A stretch of DNA of 63,433 nucleotides, filler included, from Octopus bimaculoides (Eukaryota): the NCBI RefSeq assembly GCF_001194135.2. It is 8 parts of 8 records of this genome, joined end to end, with 100 filler letters (N's around TTAATTAATTAA, not from the genome) between each part and the next. Parts side by side here need not be neighbours in the genome. Positions count along the whole stretch, not along the records: positions 1 to 18,360 come from NC_069007.1; 7 more parts are not named here. One strand, written 5' to 3'. Below are positions 1-11,690 of the stretch, in pieces. A program made the position numbers and the translations under genes. The notes beneath the pieces are model-generated. The model saw only the letters and a program-made list of their open reading frames with translations, was not told the origin of the DNA and searched no databases. How positions within the stretch are numbered: the stretch's first letter is position 1; each line of letters starts with the position of its first letter.

Positions 1-33
1 ATACGTGTGTTTGGGTGCGTGTGTGTATATACA

Positions 34-124
34 TCTCTATATATAAAGATGATGCGTAGTCTAGACGGCGTTTTTAGATTTCATTATTCTCTTTAACCCG
101 GGCAACGCCGGGTATTTCTGCTAG
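34..124 (+). mobile_element. Non-autonomous mini-Helitron (91 bp)
   Basis: 5' TCTCTATATATAAA after an A. Subterminal hairpin CCCGG-gcaacg-CCGGG (97-112). 3' CTAG followed by T. No TSD. Confidence 0.75.
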
Positions 125-353
125 TATGTGTGTGTGTGTGTGTGTGTGTATTTGTGTGTCTGTGTTTGTCCCCCCTAGCATTGCTTGACAACCGATGCTG
201 GTGTGTTTATGTCCCCGTCACTTAGCGGTTCGGCAAAAGAGAGCGATAGAATAAGTACTAGGCTTACAAAGAATAAGTCCCGGGGTCGATTTGCTCGACT
301 AAAGGCGGTGCTCCAGCATGGCCGGAGTCAAATGACTGAAACAAGTAAAAGAG
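125..353 (+). mobile_element. CORE-like tRNA-derived SINE, 3' half
   Basis: Nearly identical to the 3' half of the copies at 966 and 51456, with the same gactgaaacaagtaaaagag tail. Confidence 0.85.
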
Positions 354-719
354 TTATATATAATGAACCCCTTTTTGCCAAAAATTAAGTTTAAAAAATA
401 TGTTTCTTATACATGGATAGTATTATAGATATTAACAAATTACTTAATTCCTTGAACCTCAAATCTCGAGGACTTATAACATTGAAAGCCTCAGGCCAAC
501 ACCAACAGGTTGCGACGTTCTATTAGATGAGTCACTAATCGTCTGCCAAACAGTACTTACTCACGCTCACCGAGACTATTAAATCCGTATTTTTGTATTA
601 GCACAAAAGTTCTATATTGTATTTAAAATTGCAAGCAAACACGCAAGTGCAAACATTAACACTTTTTTAAAAACCCAGGTTGCATGCGGAGGTCATGCAC
701 CCTATCAGAGACAAGTGTA

Positions 720-845
720 GTCATCATCAGCATCATCATCATTGTTGTTTAACGTCCACTTTCTATGCTGGCATGGGTTGGATGGTTTGACTGAAGACTG
801 GTGAGCCAGAAGGCTGCACCAGGCTCAATCTGATCTGGCAAAGTG
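720..845 (-). mobile_element. RTE-tail-type SINE / LINE 3' end fragment
   Basis: Reverse complement of the 1709-1929 family (ccaacccatgctagcatggaaa..gacgttaaac plus a (GAT)n tail). Confidence 0.7.
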
Positions 846-965
846 AGCCTGGTTAAGCCTTCTGGGTACACTTATCAAAATGTACCTAATCCCTTACAAA
901 ACCTTTTTTCCAAATTTTAAGCCCCAAAAATTAGAGAGTTCCTTATACACATTAAAATACGGTAT

Positions 966-1133
966 AGGCGCAGGAGTGGCTGTGTGGTAAGTAGCTTGCT
1001 TACCAACCACATGGTTCCGGGTTCAGTCCCACTGCATGGTACCTTGGGCAAGTGTCTTCTACTATAGCCTCGGGCCAACCAAAACCTTGTGAGTGGATTT
1101 GGTAGATGGAAACTGAAAGAAGCCCATCGTATA

Positions 1134-1178
<45 letters not shown>

Positions 1179-1398
1179 CTGTGTGTGTCTGTCTTTGTCC
1201 CCCTAGCATTGCTTGACAACCAATGCTGGTGTGTTTATGTCCCCGTAACTTAGCGGTTCAGCAAAAAGAAACCGATAGAATAAGTACCAGGCTTACAAAG
1301 AATAAGTCCTGGGGTCGATTTGCTTGACTAAAGGCGGTGCTCCAGCATGGCCGCAGTCAAAAGACTGAAACGAGTAAAAGAGTGAAAGAGGAAAAGAG
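966..1398 (+). mobile_element. CORE-like tRNA-derived SINE, full length, with internal (TA)n(TG)n
   Basis: A-box-like gtggctgtgtggtaag, B-box-like ggttcagtcc, CORE-like ccttgggcaagtgtcttc, (AAAGAG) tail. Many copies in the window. Confidence 0.88.
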
Positions 1399-1708
1399 TA
1401 CATTGCAGCAATTTCTCATTTCAGCATTGGCTCCATTTTCCACTTGTTTATTATGAATATTGAAGTGCTGCTTTAATTATCCGCACGACTAGCAGGTGTT
1501 TTAACAGACATTGCAATGCAACTAATCATACAGAATGAAATTCCAATAACTCAAGCAAACCACACCAACATGGGCACACTGGTAAGATCAAGGTCTCATA
1601 CCAGCATGAGATATGCATACTTTTGTGCAAAACCATTTAAAGAATGAATGAGGAACTCTCATAACAAAATTGATATCACTCCCATTGTTATGGAATTTTC
1701 TTTACATT

Positions 1709-1929
1709 GCCAGTACCGCCTGACTGGCCTTCGTGCCCGTGGCACGTAAAAGCACCCACTACACTCTTGGAGTGGTTGGCGTTAAGAAGGGCATCCAACT
1801 GTAGAAACTCTGCCAAATCAGATTGGAGCCTGGTGTAGCCTCCTGGCTTCCCAGACCCCAGTCAAACTGTCCAACCCGTGCTAGCATGGAAAGCAGACGT
1901 TAAACGATGATGATGATGATGATGATGAT
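1709..1929 (+). mobile_element. RTE-tail-type SINE / LINE 3' end
   Basis: gtggttggcgttaagaagggcatcc...gacgttaaacgatgatgat. Near-identical copy at 42659-42850. Confidence 0.75.
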
Positions 1930-2139
1930 TTCAACATGTTTAACTGTGTCAAGCTCAAAATCTTTAACACAACGCCAAATTGCTGTTCTCCATGCTTCCC
2001 TATATGCCATAAGTGATTCAAATCCTTTTGTAACAGAATTTAAAACATGTTAAATTTGATTTTTTAAACAGTCTTTGCATCTTTTCTTTGGTTTACTATT
2101 TTCCCGCTTTCCCAGCATAAGATCACCATAAAGAATTTG

Positions 2140-2282
2140 TTTGGGAATGCACTCATCATACACACACAAACATACATATACATGCATGTAAACATAACAT
2201 TAGACACACACTTATACAGAAATGCATGCATACACACTCACACCTACATACATAGAGTACATAAGACAATATACACAGATAT

Positions 2283-2325
<43 letters not shown>

Positions 2326-2688
2326 TTATACACACACACAGAGATATGCATGCATATGCACACATACCTGCATATATAGAAAGCATAGATACATGCAGAT
2401 TTACATAAAGGTATACGTATAACATTGTAAACACACACACATGCATATGATGCATGCACAAACATACATAGAGTACATAGATGATACACAGATATATATA
2501 TAGAGGTATACATATGTAAACACTATATACACACACATATATAAACACTATATACACACACACAAATATATATATATATATATATACAAATATACATGTA
2601 TATACAAACCTGCATACATAGAACACATAGATGATACACAGATATACAAATGTATGTGTGTGTGTGTGTATAAATATATGCATATATC

Positions 2689-2723
<35 letters not shown>

Positions 2724-2870
2724 ATGTATACGCATATACATGTATGTATATATATATATATATGTGTGTGTGTGCATATATGTATGTGTGTGTGTGTATC
2801 TATATATGTGTGTGTGTATATATATATGTGTACATGTGTGTGTATGTGTATATATGCATGTGTGTCTGTG

Positions 2871-2905
<35 letters not shown>
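2140..2905. repeat. Compound (TA)n/(CA)n/(TG)n microsatellite field
   Basis: Read directly from the sequence. It explains the IY/HT/VC ORFs in the track. Confidence 0.9.
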
Positions 2906-3045
2906 CAACAGTGAGTATACCGTAGGTATTGAACCAGTAACGAGTCAGCTAACACAAAAAAAAATGTTCATAAACAACAGGGAGTGAGAGAGAGAGAGAG
3001 ACAGAGAGAGGGAAAGTTCCCTGACAAGGAACACGGGCTACTAAC

Positions 3046-3215
3046 CTGCACTACTAGGACTACTGGCTGGTTCACTTAACCTTCGCAGTGAGTGATATGG
3101 GTTTGAAAGCTTTTGAGTTGCCGTCTTGTGAGTGGGGAGCTGTTTGAGTTGGTGGCCAACTGCAGATGGGCCCTGTTTCTGTGAAAGTTTCGCGTTTCTC
3201 TGGACATCATTCAGT
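3046..3215 (-). CDS. Candidate downstream exon of the ZMYM-like gene (Ser/Pro/Gln-rich linker)
   Basis: Acceptor ccccctacctccccttaatag|A, donor CAG|GTTAGT. Only one frame is open: LNDVQRNAKLSQKQGPSAVGHQLKQLPTHKTATQKLSNPYHSLRRLSEPASSPSSA. No domain motif, and the flanking exons are not visible. Confidence 0.45.
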
Positions 3216-3313
3216 CTATTAAGGGGAGGTAGGGGGTCTTCAACAAAGAGGGGTTTATATAGATTTATTTATATATATGTATGTATAATGTGTGTGTGTG
3301 CATGTATGTGTAC

Positions 3314-3348
<35 letters not shown>

Positions 3349-4324
3349 NNNNNNNNNNNNNNNNNNNNNNNNNNNNNNNNNNNNNNNNNNNNNNNNNNNN
3401 NNNNNNNNNNNNNNNNNNNNNNNNNNNNNNNNNNNNNNNNNNNNNNNNNNNNNNNNNNNNNNNNNNNNNNNNNNNNNNNNNNNNNNNNNNNNNNNNNNNN
3501 NNNNNNNNNNNNNNNNNNNNNNNNNNNNNNNNNNNNNNNNNNNNNNNNNNNNNNNNNNNNNNNNNNNNNNNNNNNNNNNNNNNNNNNNNNNNNNNNNNNN
3601 NNNNNNNNNNNNNNNNNNNNNNNNNNNNNNNNNNNNNNNNNNNNNNNNNNNNNNNNNNNNNNNNNNNNNNNNNNNNNNNNNNNNNNNNNNNNNNNNNNNN
3701 NNNNNNNNNNNNNNNNNNNNNNNNNNNNNNNNNNNNNNNNNNNNNNNNNNNNNNNNNNNNNNNNNNNNNNNNNNNNNNNNNNNNNNNNNNNNNNNNNNNN
3801 NNNNNNNNNNNNNNNNNNNNNNNNNNNNNNNNNNNNNNNNNNNNNNNNNNNNNNNNNNNNNNNNNNNNNNNNNNNNNNNNNNNNNNNNNNNNNNNNNNNN
3901 NNNNNNNNNNNNNNNNNNNNNNNNNNNNNNNNNNNNNNNNNNNNNNNNNNNNNNNNNNNNNNNNNNNNNNNNNNNNNNNNNTATATATATATATATTGCA
4001 ATCTATGAACAGAATTTGGTGGCTTAGTTGTTGCACCTTCTGCATTTTTATACTTTGTGTCTTTAGGCACACAAATGTGTGTGTGTGTGTGCATGTGTGC
4101 GTGAGCACATGTGGTATTATTTCAAGCAAAGCATTGAGGTATATATATATAAGTTGGAAAGAATGTCTCAATATTTATGGCAAAGTGAACATTAATTTTT
4201 ACATTCTAATGTATTCTCTTTCTTTGCAGATTTCCTGTTATACAGTAGTGGTAAAATTTTTATCGATTTTAGCCTTTTAAAATATGTCTAGATCAGACCC
4301 ATATCAGACACTGCATGCTGTATG

Positions 4325-5020
4325 AATTCAAATTGGAATCAAAGAGCTGCCCTCCTGCTTGTAACCTAAACCTTTTCTGAGTAGAATCATCACAAGTCAT
4401 AAAAAGTGAGTTCTCTATAACCATATCCAATGAAAACAATAATGGTTAGCACCAAATGGTAAAGGGAAATCATATTCCCAAACCAGTATCACACCAGAGA
4501 AAAAAAATTATGATCTGCATTTGGTGGGATATGAAGGGGTATTGTCTATCATGAAGTGTTAAACCAAAATGAAACAGTTAATGAGAAGAATTATTGTTAT
4601 CAATTACAGAAGCATTGAACGAAAATTTTCAGGAAGTAAAAGTGCTCGTCATTGGTCAATCATACAGGGGTGTTGCTCTTGATAATGCAAGACCACATGT
4701 TGCCCAAATCAGAGGTTTTCAAACTGTGGTCCACGGACCACAGGGGGTCTGTGGACAGTAAATACTTTTTATGGGCAATTTGATTTTATATGTTTTTTAA
4801 TCAAAATCTTTTAATTGACAATAAACCTATTTGTTAAATACTGTTAAATAAATAAATGCAAAAATATGTTATTTTAAGCAAATATTTAAGTGTAAATTTC
4901 ATAAGCGTTTATAAGGGGGTCCTTAAGGTAAAGCCTGAAATATGAAAAAAGGGGTCCGCAAGTCAAAAAGTTTGAAAACCCCTGGCCCAAATCACACAAG
5001 AAAAGTTTATGGCACTAAAT
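4325..5020 (+). pseudogene. Decayed mariner (DD34D) transposase fragment
   Basis: With stops and frameshifts it reads FLSRIITSHKK*VLYN (first-D region), KKIMICIWWDMK-GIVYHEVLNQNETVN..YCYQL and DNARPHVAQITQEK (HDNARPH motif). Interrupted by a hAT MITE. Confidence 0.8.
4710..4984. mobile_element. hAT-type MITE, 275 bp, with 8-bp TSD
   Basis: TIRs cagaggttttcaaact / agtttgaaaacccctg (15/16 match). Perfect TSD gcccaaat at 4702-4709 and 4985-4992. Confidence 0.88.
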
Positions 5021-6644
5021 ACAGACTATAACTTTTTATTTTTAGAACACCGGCAATTAATCAATTAGCAAATAAATTAACATTCACCAATTAAGAAACT
5101 GAGATATGATGAGAAGATGGTTTAAAATACTAAATGCAGATGTGATGAACTGATGGAAAATGATGAATAAGAATGAATAAAATAAAACCAATTATGATTA
5201 AAGATTTGTGTGATTTTGAGTGATGGTGAGGGGAGAGGTGAGGTTTGAAAAAAAAAAAAAAGCAACTAATCGACCAGTTTCCTCCTGTTAGTGTTTTAAA
5301 TAGTGCTATGTACACATCTTAGACGACAGCAACAGCAACAGCAACACACCAAAAAGGCAATAAATGTGGTAAAAGTACAAATGTAACTCGACAGTAGTGA
5401 GAAAACTTATACATAAACAAAAACAAAGCAAAAATAAATACATAAAAGAATACAATAAAAAGGAAAATAACAAGCATGGTAGAAACATAGTAATAATAAT
5501 AATAATAATAATAAGTTAGGAGTTGACTTAATTTCAAAAGATAATTGGGAAGATGGTTAGGAAAACAAACATTGGGAAGCTGCAAATGAAAGAAATACAA
5601 TAGTAAAAATAAAAAACTTTATGAAACTCAATATGAGAAAACAGGTATGACATGATGATGATGATGATGATGATGATGGGAAGATGATAAAGAGGGAGAG
5701 GAGAGAGGAAAACTAGAGGAAGAGGGGAGGGTGAATAGGAGGAAGAGGAAGGCAGNNNNNNNNNNNNNNNNNNNNNNNNGAAGAAGCCAAAAGGGGAGGA
5801 GGAAGTAGGCAGAAGGGGAGGAGGAAGTAGGCGAAAGGGGAGGAGGAAAGCAGAAGAGGAGGAGGAGGAGAAAGAAATTGGGGAGAAATTTTTTTCCCCA
5901 ACAGGTCTCCAATAAAAGTGAGATAACAAGGATGAATGAGGGGTGGGGAGCTGTCAAAGTTCCTGAATGTTAGTACATAAAGACTATGTCTTCAGGGATG
6001 ACCTAACACTGATTGGGATGATCTGCGGAGGGAAGAGGGAGAATGAAGGGACAGATGCAAACAGATATCAGTCAGAAGGGGCCAATGAGTGAGTCTTAAA
6101 GAATGTAGAACAGGCAGTTTCAAAAACCATTTTGGTGTGGCTACTTTAAACCACAAATATTCTAGATCGAGGCCCAACAGATCTTAACCAAGAAATTAAT
6201 TGATGACAGACTAACAAATTATACACTAATACTTTATAACCCCTAACCCCCAGACACAGTTTACTCCTGCAAGCAATGGCCCACAACCCTAATCAATTTA
6301 TCTGATGTACTCACCCCTAATCTTCCTTTTGCCATCCCTGATGTGTCTTACACTTTAAACCCCACTTTTAACACTTGCCATAATTGTTTCCTTAAGATTT
6401 CTGTTACACCTGTATGTTTGGTCCCTGCGCCCTCCAGGCCTCGACATGCAGAAACCCATCCAAACCCTCTCAAACCATCCAACCCCTGCCAGCATAGAAA
6501 ACAGACATTAAATAATGATAACGATAATATATACTATATTTGATAGCATATAAGATGCAACACCTTTTTTTTTTTTTTTTAAAGTCTCAAAATATGACCC
6601 TTGATCTTATATGAAATTGACCCTTGATCCTATATGAAGTTGAA

Positions 6645-6790
6645 CCTCCTATTGGTTTCAAATTTTAGCACAAGGCCACCAATTTCAAGGAAGGGGGTAA
6701 GTCGATTATATCAACCCCAGTAATCAACTGGTAGTCATTTTTATCAACCCCGAAAGGACGAAAGGCAGAGTTGACTCTGGCAGCATTCAA
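6645..6790 (-). mobile_element. Fragment of the second tRNA-SINE family (41303 type)
   Basis: Reverse complement similar to ggtcgactttgcctttcatcctttcgggg..gataaaataagtaccagttg. Confidence 0.6.
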
Positions 6791-7755
6791 ACTCAAAACA
6801 TGAAGTCAAGAAATGCCACTAACCATTTTTTCCAGTGTAGTAACAATTCTGCCAGCTCAATGCCTTCCCATAATATTACTGGCTCTAACACACTAAANNN
6901 NNNNNNNNNNNNNNNNNNNNNNNNNNNNNNNNNNNNNNNNNNNNNNNNNNNNNNNNNNNNNNNNNNNNNNNNNNNNNNNNNNNNNNNNNNNNNNNNNNNN
7001 NNNNNNNNNNNNNNNNNNNNNNNNNNNNNNNNNNNNNNNNNNNNNNNNNNNNNNNNNNNNNNNNNNNNNNNNNNNNNNNNNNNNNNNNNNNNNNNNNNNN
7101 NNNNNNNNNNNNNNNNNNNNNNNNNNNNNNNNNNNNNNNNNNNNNNNNNNNNNNNNNNNNNNNNNNNNNNNNNNNNNNNNNNNNNNNNNNNNNNNNNNNN
7201 NNNNNNNNNNNNNNNNNNNNNNNNNNNNNNNNNNNNNNNNNNNNNNNNNNNNNNNNNNNNNNNNNNNNNNNNNNNNNNNNNNNNNNNNNNNNNNNNNNNN
7301 NNNNNNNNNNNNNNNNNNNNNNNNNNNNNNNNNNNNNNNNNNNNNNNNNNNNNNNNNNNNNNNNNNNNNNNNNNNNNNNNNNNNNNNNNNNNNNNNNNNN
7401 NNNNNNNNNNNNNNNNNNNNNNNNNNNNNNNNNNNNNNNNNNNNNNNNNNNNNNNNNNNNNNNNNNNNNNNNNNNNNNNNNNNNNNNNNNNNNNNNNNNN
7501 NNNNNNNNNNNNNNNNNNNNNNNNNNNNNNNNNNNNNNNNNNNNNNNNNNNNNNNNNNNNNNNNNNNNNNNNNNNNNNNNNNNNNNNNNNNNNNNNNNNN
7601 NNNNNNNNNNNNNNNNNNNNNNNNNNNNNNNNNNNNNNNNNNNNNNNNNNNNNNNNNNNNNNNNNNNNNNNNNNNNNNNNNNNNNNNNNNNNNNNNNNNN
7701 NNNNNNNNNNNNNNNNNNNNNNNNNNNNNNNNNNNNNNNNNNNNNNNNNNNNNNN

Positions 7756-7978
7756 CTTCATATTTCTGTAGACAAGACGGGCTACAGAAGTCCTTGAACA
7801 CTCCCTGCTCCCAGCCAACAGGGGCCATAAAGGAATCAGAAACATTAGTCAGATCCTTCTGACAGTAACAACAAACTTTAAGTCTCTTTTTGAACTGGGC
7901 GTGGCACTGGGTGCCACAGAATTGTTTAATCTCCGTACCTAGTTTCAGGCAATATTTAGCTTTTGCCGAAGGAGGAAC
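7756..7978 (-). CDS. ZMYM/woc-like gene, exon with further MYM fingers (runs into N gap)
   Basis: Acceptor tttccttatttctctcttccag|GTT, phase 0. Reads VPPSAKAKYCLKLGTEIKQFCGTQCHAQFKKRLKVCCYCQKDLTNVSDSFMAPVGWEQGVFKDFCSPSCLQKYE, including a literal FCS motif. Confidence 0.92.
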
Positions 7979-9652
7979 CTGGAAGAGAGAAATAAGGAAA
8001 TTAATCAGACGTGCAACTGCTTCTGGGAAACACAGTGTGTGTGTGTGTGTGTGTGTGTGTAAGTGCATGTGTGCCTGTATGTTAGTGTAAATGTGTGTAC
8101 ACGTGTGCTTGTGCATGTGTGTGTGTGCACACATACCTTAATGAGTGTGTGTGTTTATTTGTTATGCAAAATGCAGCAGGAAACAGAGAAACAACAGAAT
8201 GAATTTAAATATTGGACCACAATAACAGATACACCATATACCCTATTCTTATGGTTTCAGGTTCAGTCCCAACATGTGGCACCTTGAGCAAGTGTCTTCT
8301 ATAACCTCAAACTTGAGAGGGGATTTGGTATATGAAAGCTAAAAGAAACCTACTGTGTGTGTGAGATCATTTACCTTCCATTTTTCATGGAGACATAGGT
8401 TGGGCAGTTTAGCAGGAGCTGGGCAAGCCATAAAGCTGCACCAAATTTTACTGTCACTTTTGGCATGGTTTTTACATCTGGCTGCCCTTCCTGTATATTC
8501 CCCACTATCTATTAAAGAGAGGCACAAGCACTTTCACATGCATATATACATACAACAGGAACTTCTGCCTTCCAAATTCAATCACAAGGTATCAGTCTGC
8601 TCAAGGTTATAACAGAGGACACTTGCCAAACATGCTACATGGTGGGACAGAATATGAAACCCTGTGGTTGAGAAACAAGAGTTTGGCGTCAATGAATCTG
8701 CCATTCATTCCATATACAAAGGGCACAGAGATGATTCATTATTCACTACTTTCTTTTGGAACCAAACCTCTGTGGCAAACGAGGATAGACATACTTGCAC
8801 AGAGGTCATTTTATTAACACCAAAAAGCCCAAAGGAGAAGTTAACTAACAGGATTTGAGCCCTAAAAGCAAAGCACTGAGACAAAATACTGAAAGGGATT
8901 TTGTGCAACATTCTAATGATTCTGCCAATCTACTGCCAAGCCCCAAAAAGTGTAAAAGACAGATATAGTCAATTGAATATATCTGCAACTTATAAGGTGA
9001 ATATATGAGAGTGGTCCAGTGGATTGGACAGTATGAATGGGTAGATAAGTTCACAAGAGAGTGAAAGGGAAGTGGCAGATAGATAGAGATGGTGATAGGA
9101 GTAAATGCAGTGAATGGTGAACACAAGTGTGAGCATGGTTAATGGTGAATATTGGTTTGGCAGAAAGAAGGTAGAATCAATAGGATGCAGCACGGGTGAT
9201 GTGAAGCGAGGGGAGTGGGCAAGAAATGCAACAGAGCCAGGGATGAGGTCAGAGGTATATGGGGGGGTGGGGTGAAAATACTGGGAGACAAACATGAAAA
9301 GTGGGGAGGGGGAGAGGCTGACATTGAGAGAATCAGAGGATATACACAGGAAAAGTGCGAGTGGAAAATAAAGCAGTAAGGTATGATACTAAGAATGCAA
9401 GAAAGACAAGTACATGGTTGCGTGGAAGGTGAGTGGGAACACAAAAATGCTGGAGATGAATTATGTGCAATTCTGCTTTCATATAATTACAACAGCGGAA
9501 TGTGTTGTGCTGCAGTTAGGAGAGTTATGGAAGAGTGAGTGTTAGGAAGATGAATTGTAGGAATGAGACACATCAGTGACAGATTGAGCGCAGAAGCAGG
9601 AATCTATATTCACAGCCTTCTTTTCTCAGAGAACGGAAAGTTCATAGTTTAC

Positions 9653-9979
9653 CTGTGATCCACAGAAGGAGCATGTACCTCCTAAACTGCTTTGGAATTT
9701 ACCGAGGCATTCCTCACCGCAGAAGTCCAATCCTTGCCAATTGAGGAAATGTTTATTGGTGTTTATGTTCATTAGCTGACAGACACTGCAAATCTTATAG
9801 TGTGGTGTCGCCTGCTCCATCGAAGATGCCACCGATATGGAACTAGACGCCGAAGCATTTACTGGTGACATGCTGCGGAGATAGACAGTCGGACTCACTC
9901 GGAATTGTCGGAAACACTCGTCGTCGCACAAATGTTTATTGTCACCATTTCGGACAATGTTATATTTGCATTTACCGAT
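9653..9979 (-). CDS. ZMYM/woc-like gene, 327-nt exon with MYM-type (zf-FCS/TRASH) zinc fingers
   Basis: Acceptor ttttatttacaatctttcag|ATC, donor CAG|GTAAAC. Reads IGKCKYNIVRNGDNKHLCDDECFRQFR...CSVCQLMNINTNKHFLNWQGLDFCGEECLGKFQSSLGGTCSFCGSQ, i.e. repeated CxxC-x(n)-[FL]C-xxx-C as in ZMYM2/3/4 and woc. Confidence 0.92.
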
Positions 9980-10254
9980 CTGAAAGATTGTAAATAAAAG
10001 AAACATTAATATGTACACATGAATATATATATATATTGAAGAAACAAAAAGTCACATTCTGGAATTCTTGAAGACATGCCTCAATTATTTTTAAACTGAA
10101 GAAAACAAAAAATAAAAACAAATAAAATGCTAAATACACACATACTTATACTTGAACAAAATTAATAAAATAACATAATATCAATAGAAACGACAAGTGT
10201 TTTGGTCCATGGCTTTTGACCCACACTCCCTCTCTACAAAATCTGCATTTAACA

Positions 10255-10420
10255 TCCATGCTGGTGTGTTTAGGTCCCCGTAACTTAGTGGTTCGGCAAA
10301 AGAGACCGATAGAATAAGTACTAGGCTTACAAAGAATAAGTCCTGGGGCCGATTTGCTCGACTACATGCGGTGCTCCAGCATGGCCACAGTCAAATGACT
10401 GAAACAAGTAAAAGAGTAAA
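10255..10420 (+). mobile_element. CORE-like SINE, 3' half
   Basis: Matches 1220-1385. Confidence 0.8.
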
Positions 10421-10742
10421 GACAGTCCAGGAACTTTTTGATACCACCTTATATGTTTACCACCCTGTAACTTACCTGTTCAGCAAAAGAGATCAACAGA
10501 ATAAGTCCCACACTTAAAAAAAGGGAGGGGGCGGGTTAAGGTGGGTGCTCCAACATGGCTGCAGTCTAATGACTGAAACAACACACACACACACACACAC
10601 ACAGGTTTCGCCTGTCTATGACTTCCAGGTTTTTTTAACACCCAGCATTATGAGGGAGCCGTCCGCAAAGCAAACTGGCCAACAAGCAAAACACATACCA
10701 CTGAGTATGTGAGGTCAATAATAGAGATATAAGCATACCTAC

Positions 10743-10828
10743 CTTATGACATACTATACATTTCTGTGAGGTTTTTGACAAGGGGGAAGACTTGGAAGAG
10801 AATTTATCTGTGGAGGTTTGTGATCTAG
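10743..10828 (-). CDS. ZMYM/woc-like gene, 86-nt exon (ARSQTSTDKFSSKSSPLSKTSQKCIVCHK)
   Basis: Acceptor ttttgtttttctgtttacag|CT, donor AAG|GTAGGT. Phase 1 in, phase 0 out. Ends with the CxxC that opens the first MYM finger. Confidence 0.85.
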
Positions 10829-10979
10829 CTGTAAACAGAAAAACAAAAGCCCACATTTCAATAGACTGATAATAAATACAGCAAGACATTCACTTTTAAA
10901 CAACATACATGAAGGCTTTGAGGATTAAGAGGTCGGTCTGAAATGATTATTCATTGAATCAGTATAAAGCTAGAAGTCC

Positions 10980-11360
10980 TAGGAATGGCTGTGTGGTTAA
11001 GAAGCTTGCTTCCCAACTGTATGGCCTTGGGTTCAGTCCTGCTGAGTGGCACCTTGGGCAAGGATCTTTAACAACAGTCTCAAGCCAACCAAAGCATTGT
11101 GAGTGGATTTGGTAGATGGAAACTGAAAGAAGTCTATCGTGTTTATGTGTGTGTGTGTGTGCAGGTCCTCCACCACTTCTTGACAACCACTGCTGGTTTG
11201 TTTACATCCCCATAACTTAAGAGTTCAGCAAAAGAGACTGTCAGAATAAGTAACAGGATTCAAAAATATGTACTGGGGTCAAATTGTTTGACTAAAACCC
11301 TTCTAGGGAGTGCCCCAGCATGGCCACAGTCCAATGAGTGAAACAAGGAAATGATAAAAG
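10980..11360 (+). mobile_element. CORE-like SINE, diverged
   Basis: Head, CORE, internal (TG)n and tail all present but CpG-eroded. Confidence 0.75.
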
Positions 11361-11479
11361 ATAAAGGTGTATAGACACCCCTTGTTTAAAACTGTCCTTT
11401 ACCCAATCTATATACATGTCACATTGACATTTCGCTATGCTCAAAAAGACTTGTCCATCACAGCAAAAATGATATCCTA

Positions 11480-11690
11480 AAACCACTTGGCTATGCTTGA
11501 TAGATCGCTGACCACTACATTTATATTTTTTTCTCCTTGTTTCTGTCTGTGTTCCTTTCAGTTGAAGAGCATAGGCTCGAAACGTCAAAGACTCTCTCTA
11601 TTCCCGAGCGTTAAACTAATACATCTTTTTGTTGTTTACACCACCTGTCTTCGTCTGTTGTTTTTTTCGTAAATTCTCCCATATATACAT
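11480..11690 (+). mobile_element. Probable Penelope-like terminal-repeat fragment with hammerhead-like core
   Basis: ttgaagagcataggctcgaaacgtcaaagactc resembles a CUGANGA..GAAA core. Assignment to PLEs is inference. Confidence 0.4.

Noticed and set aside
6315-6420. Strong minus-strand donor G|GTGAGT at 6315 as a ZMYM exon
   Set aside because: All three upstream frames contain stops and there is no suitable acceptor.
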